The notes beneath the pieces were generated by a model. It did not search any database, had not been told where the DNA came from, and worked only from the letters and a program-made list of their open reading frames with translations. From assembly GCA_963763775.1 (NCBI GenBank), contig CAVXPZ010000004.1, positions 32,001-96,000 on the forward strand: DNA of 64,000 nt. The letters are read 5' to 3'. The position numbers and the translations under genes were made by a program. The DNA comes from an uncultured Chloroflexia bacterium (lineage in GTDB: Bacteria > Chloroflexota > Limnocylindria > Limnocylindrales > CSP1-4). Positions 63,786-64,000 of the stretch are shown here, piece by piece; position 1 is the first letter of the stretch, and the number at the start of each line of letters is the position of its first letter.

Positions 63786-64000
63786 GTGAGACGGCTAGGT
63801 TCGATCGTCGCGGCGCTGCTCCTGGCTGGTCTGCTGGCACCGGCCCTACTCGTGGCGCCTGTCGCCGCCGCGTCGCCCGCCGTTCCCAAGGTGGTGATCG
63901 TCGTGGGTCCCGCTGGCGTGGCCACGGACCGCTATCGCGCGGAGGCGCGCGCCGCCGCCGACGTCGCCCGCAAGTACACCCCGGACGTGGCGGAGATCTA
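63786..64000 (+). CDS. Secreted protein, 5' part only
   Basis: GTG-RRLGSIVAALLLAGLLAPALLVAPVAAA signal peptide, then PKVVIVVGPAG; open to the window end; TATGGT -10 at 63721. Confidence 0.7.
   Translation, partial: MRRLGSIVAALLLAGLLAPALLVAPVAAASPAVPKVVIVVGPAGVATDRYRAEARAAADVARKYTPDVAEI

Noticed and set aside
1-64000. CRISPR arrays, tRNA/rRNA genes, IS transposases, integrases, prophage or defence islands
   Set aside because: I recognised no regularly spaced repeat-spacer units, cloverleaf or rRNA signatures, or recombinase motifs. The Lhr is the housekeeping repair type linked to nei.

Overview
A gene-dense, very GC-rich (about 70% by eye) bacterial chromosome segment with about 60 genes. 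Gene content and style suggest Chloroflexota, possibly Ca. Limnocylindria (inference only). Housekeeping genes are serS, a class I lysS, greA, argR, uppP, a K+-independent hppA, lepB, ndk, a BMP-type ABC transporter, coaX-coaBC-panB-panC, gdhA, degV, GGT, azlCD, lhr-nei, tatA and mug. I saw no rRNA, tRNA, CRISPR array or transposase. The most notable locus is an extended cyanophycin cluster (33-41.3 kb). It has cphB-cphA-yqjF converging on a second CphA paralogue that keeps a CphA-like N-terminus and an intact Mur-ligase module but lacks the ATP-grasp domain; this paralogue is divergently paired with an M20 carboxypeptidase and a RidA gene. Other oddities are an AcuC deacetylase-GNAT fusion, a eukaryote-like MtnB with a cupin, an orphan NuoN/MrpD-like pair, and an HTH-PD-(D/E)xK gene followed by a symmetric palindrome array. 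Regulatory signals include a terminator-like hairpin in the greA leader, a LexA-like box over the lhr promoter and many apparently leaderless promoters. About nine single-base frameshifts, mostly in G/C runs and including essential genes, are most likely long-read sequencing errors. All family calls come from recognising motifs by eye, not from database searches.
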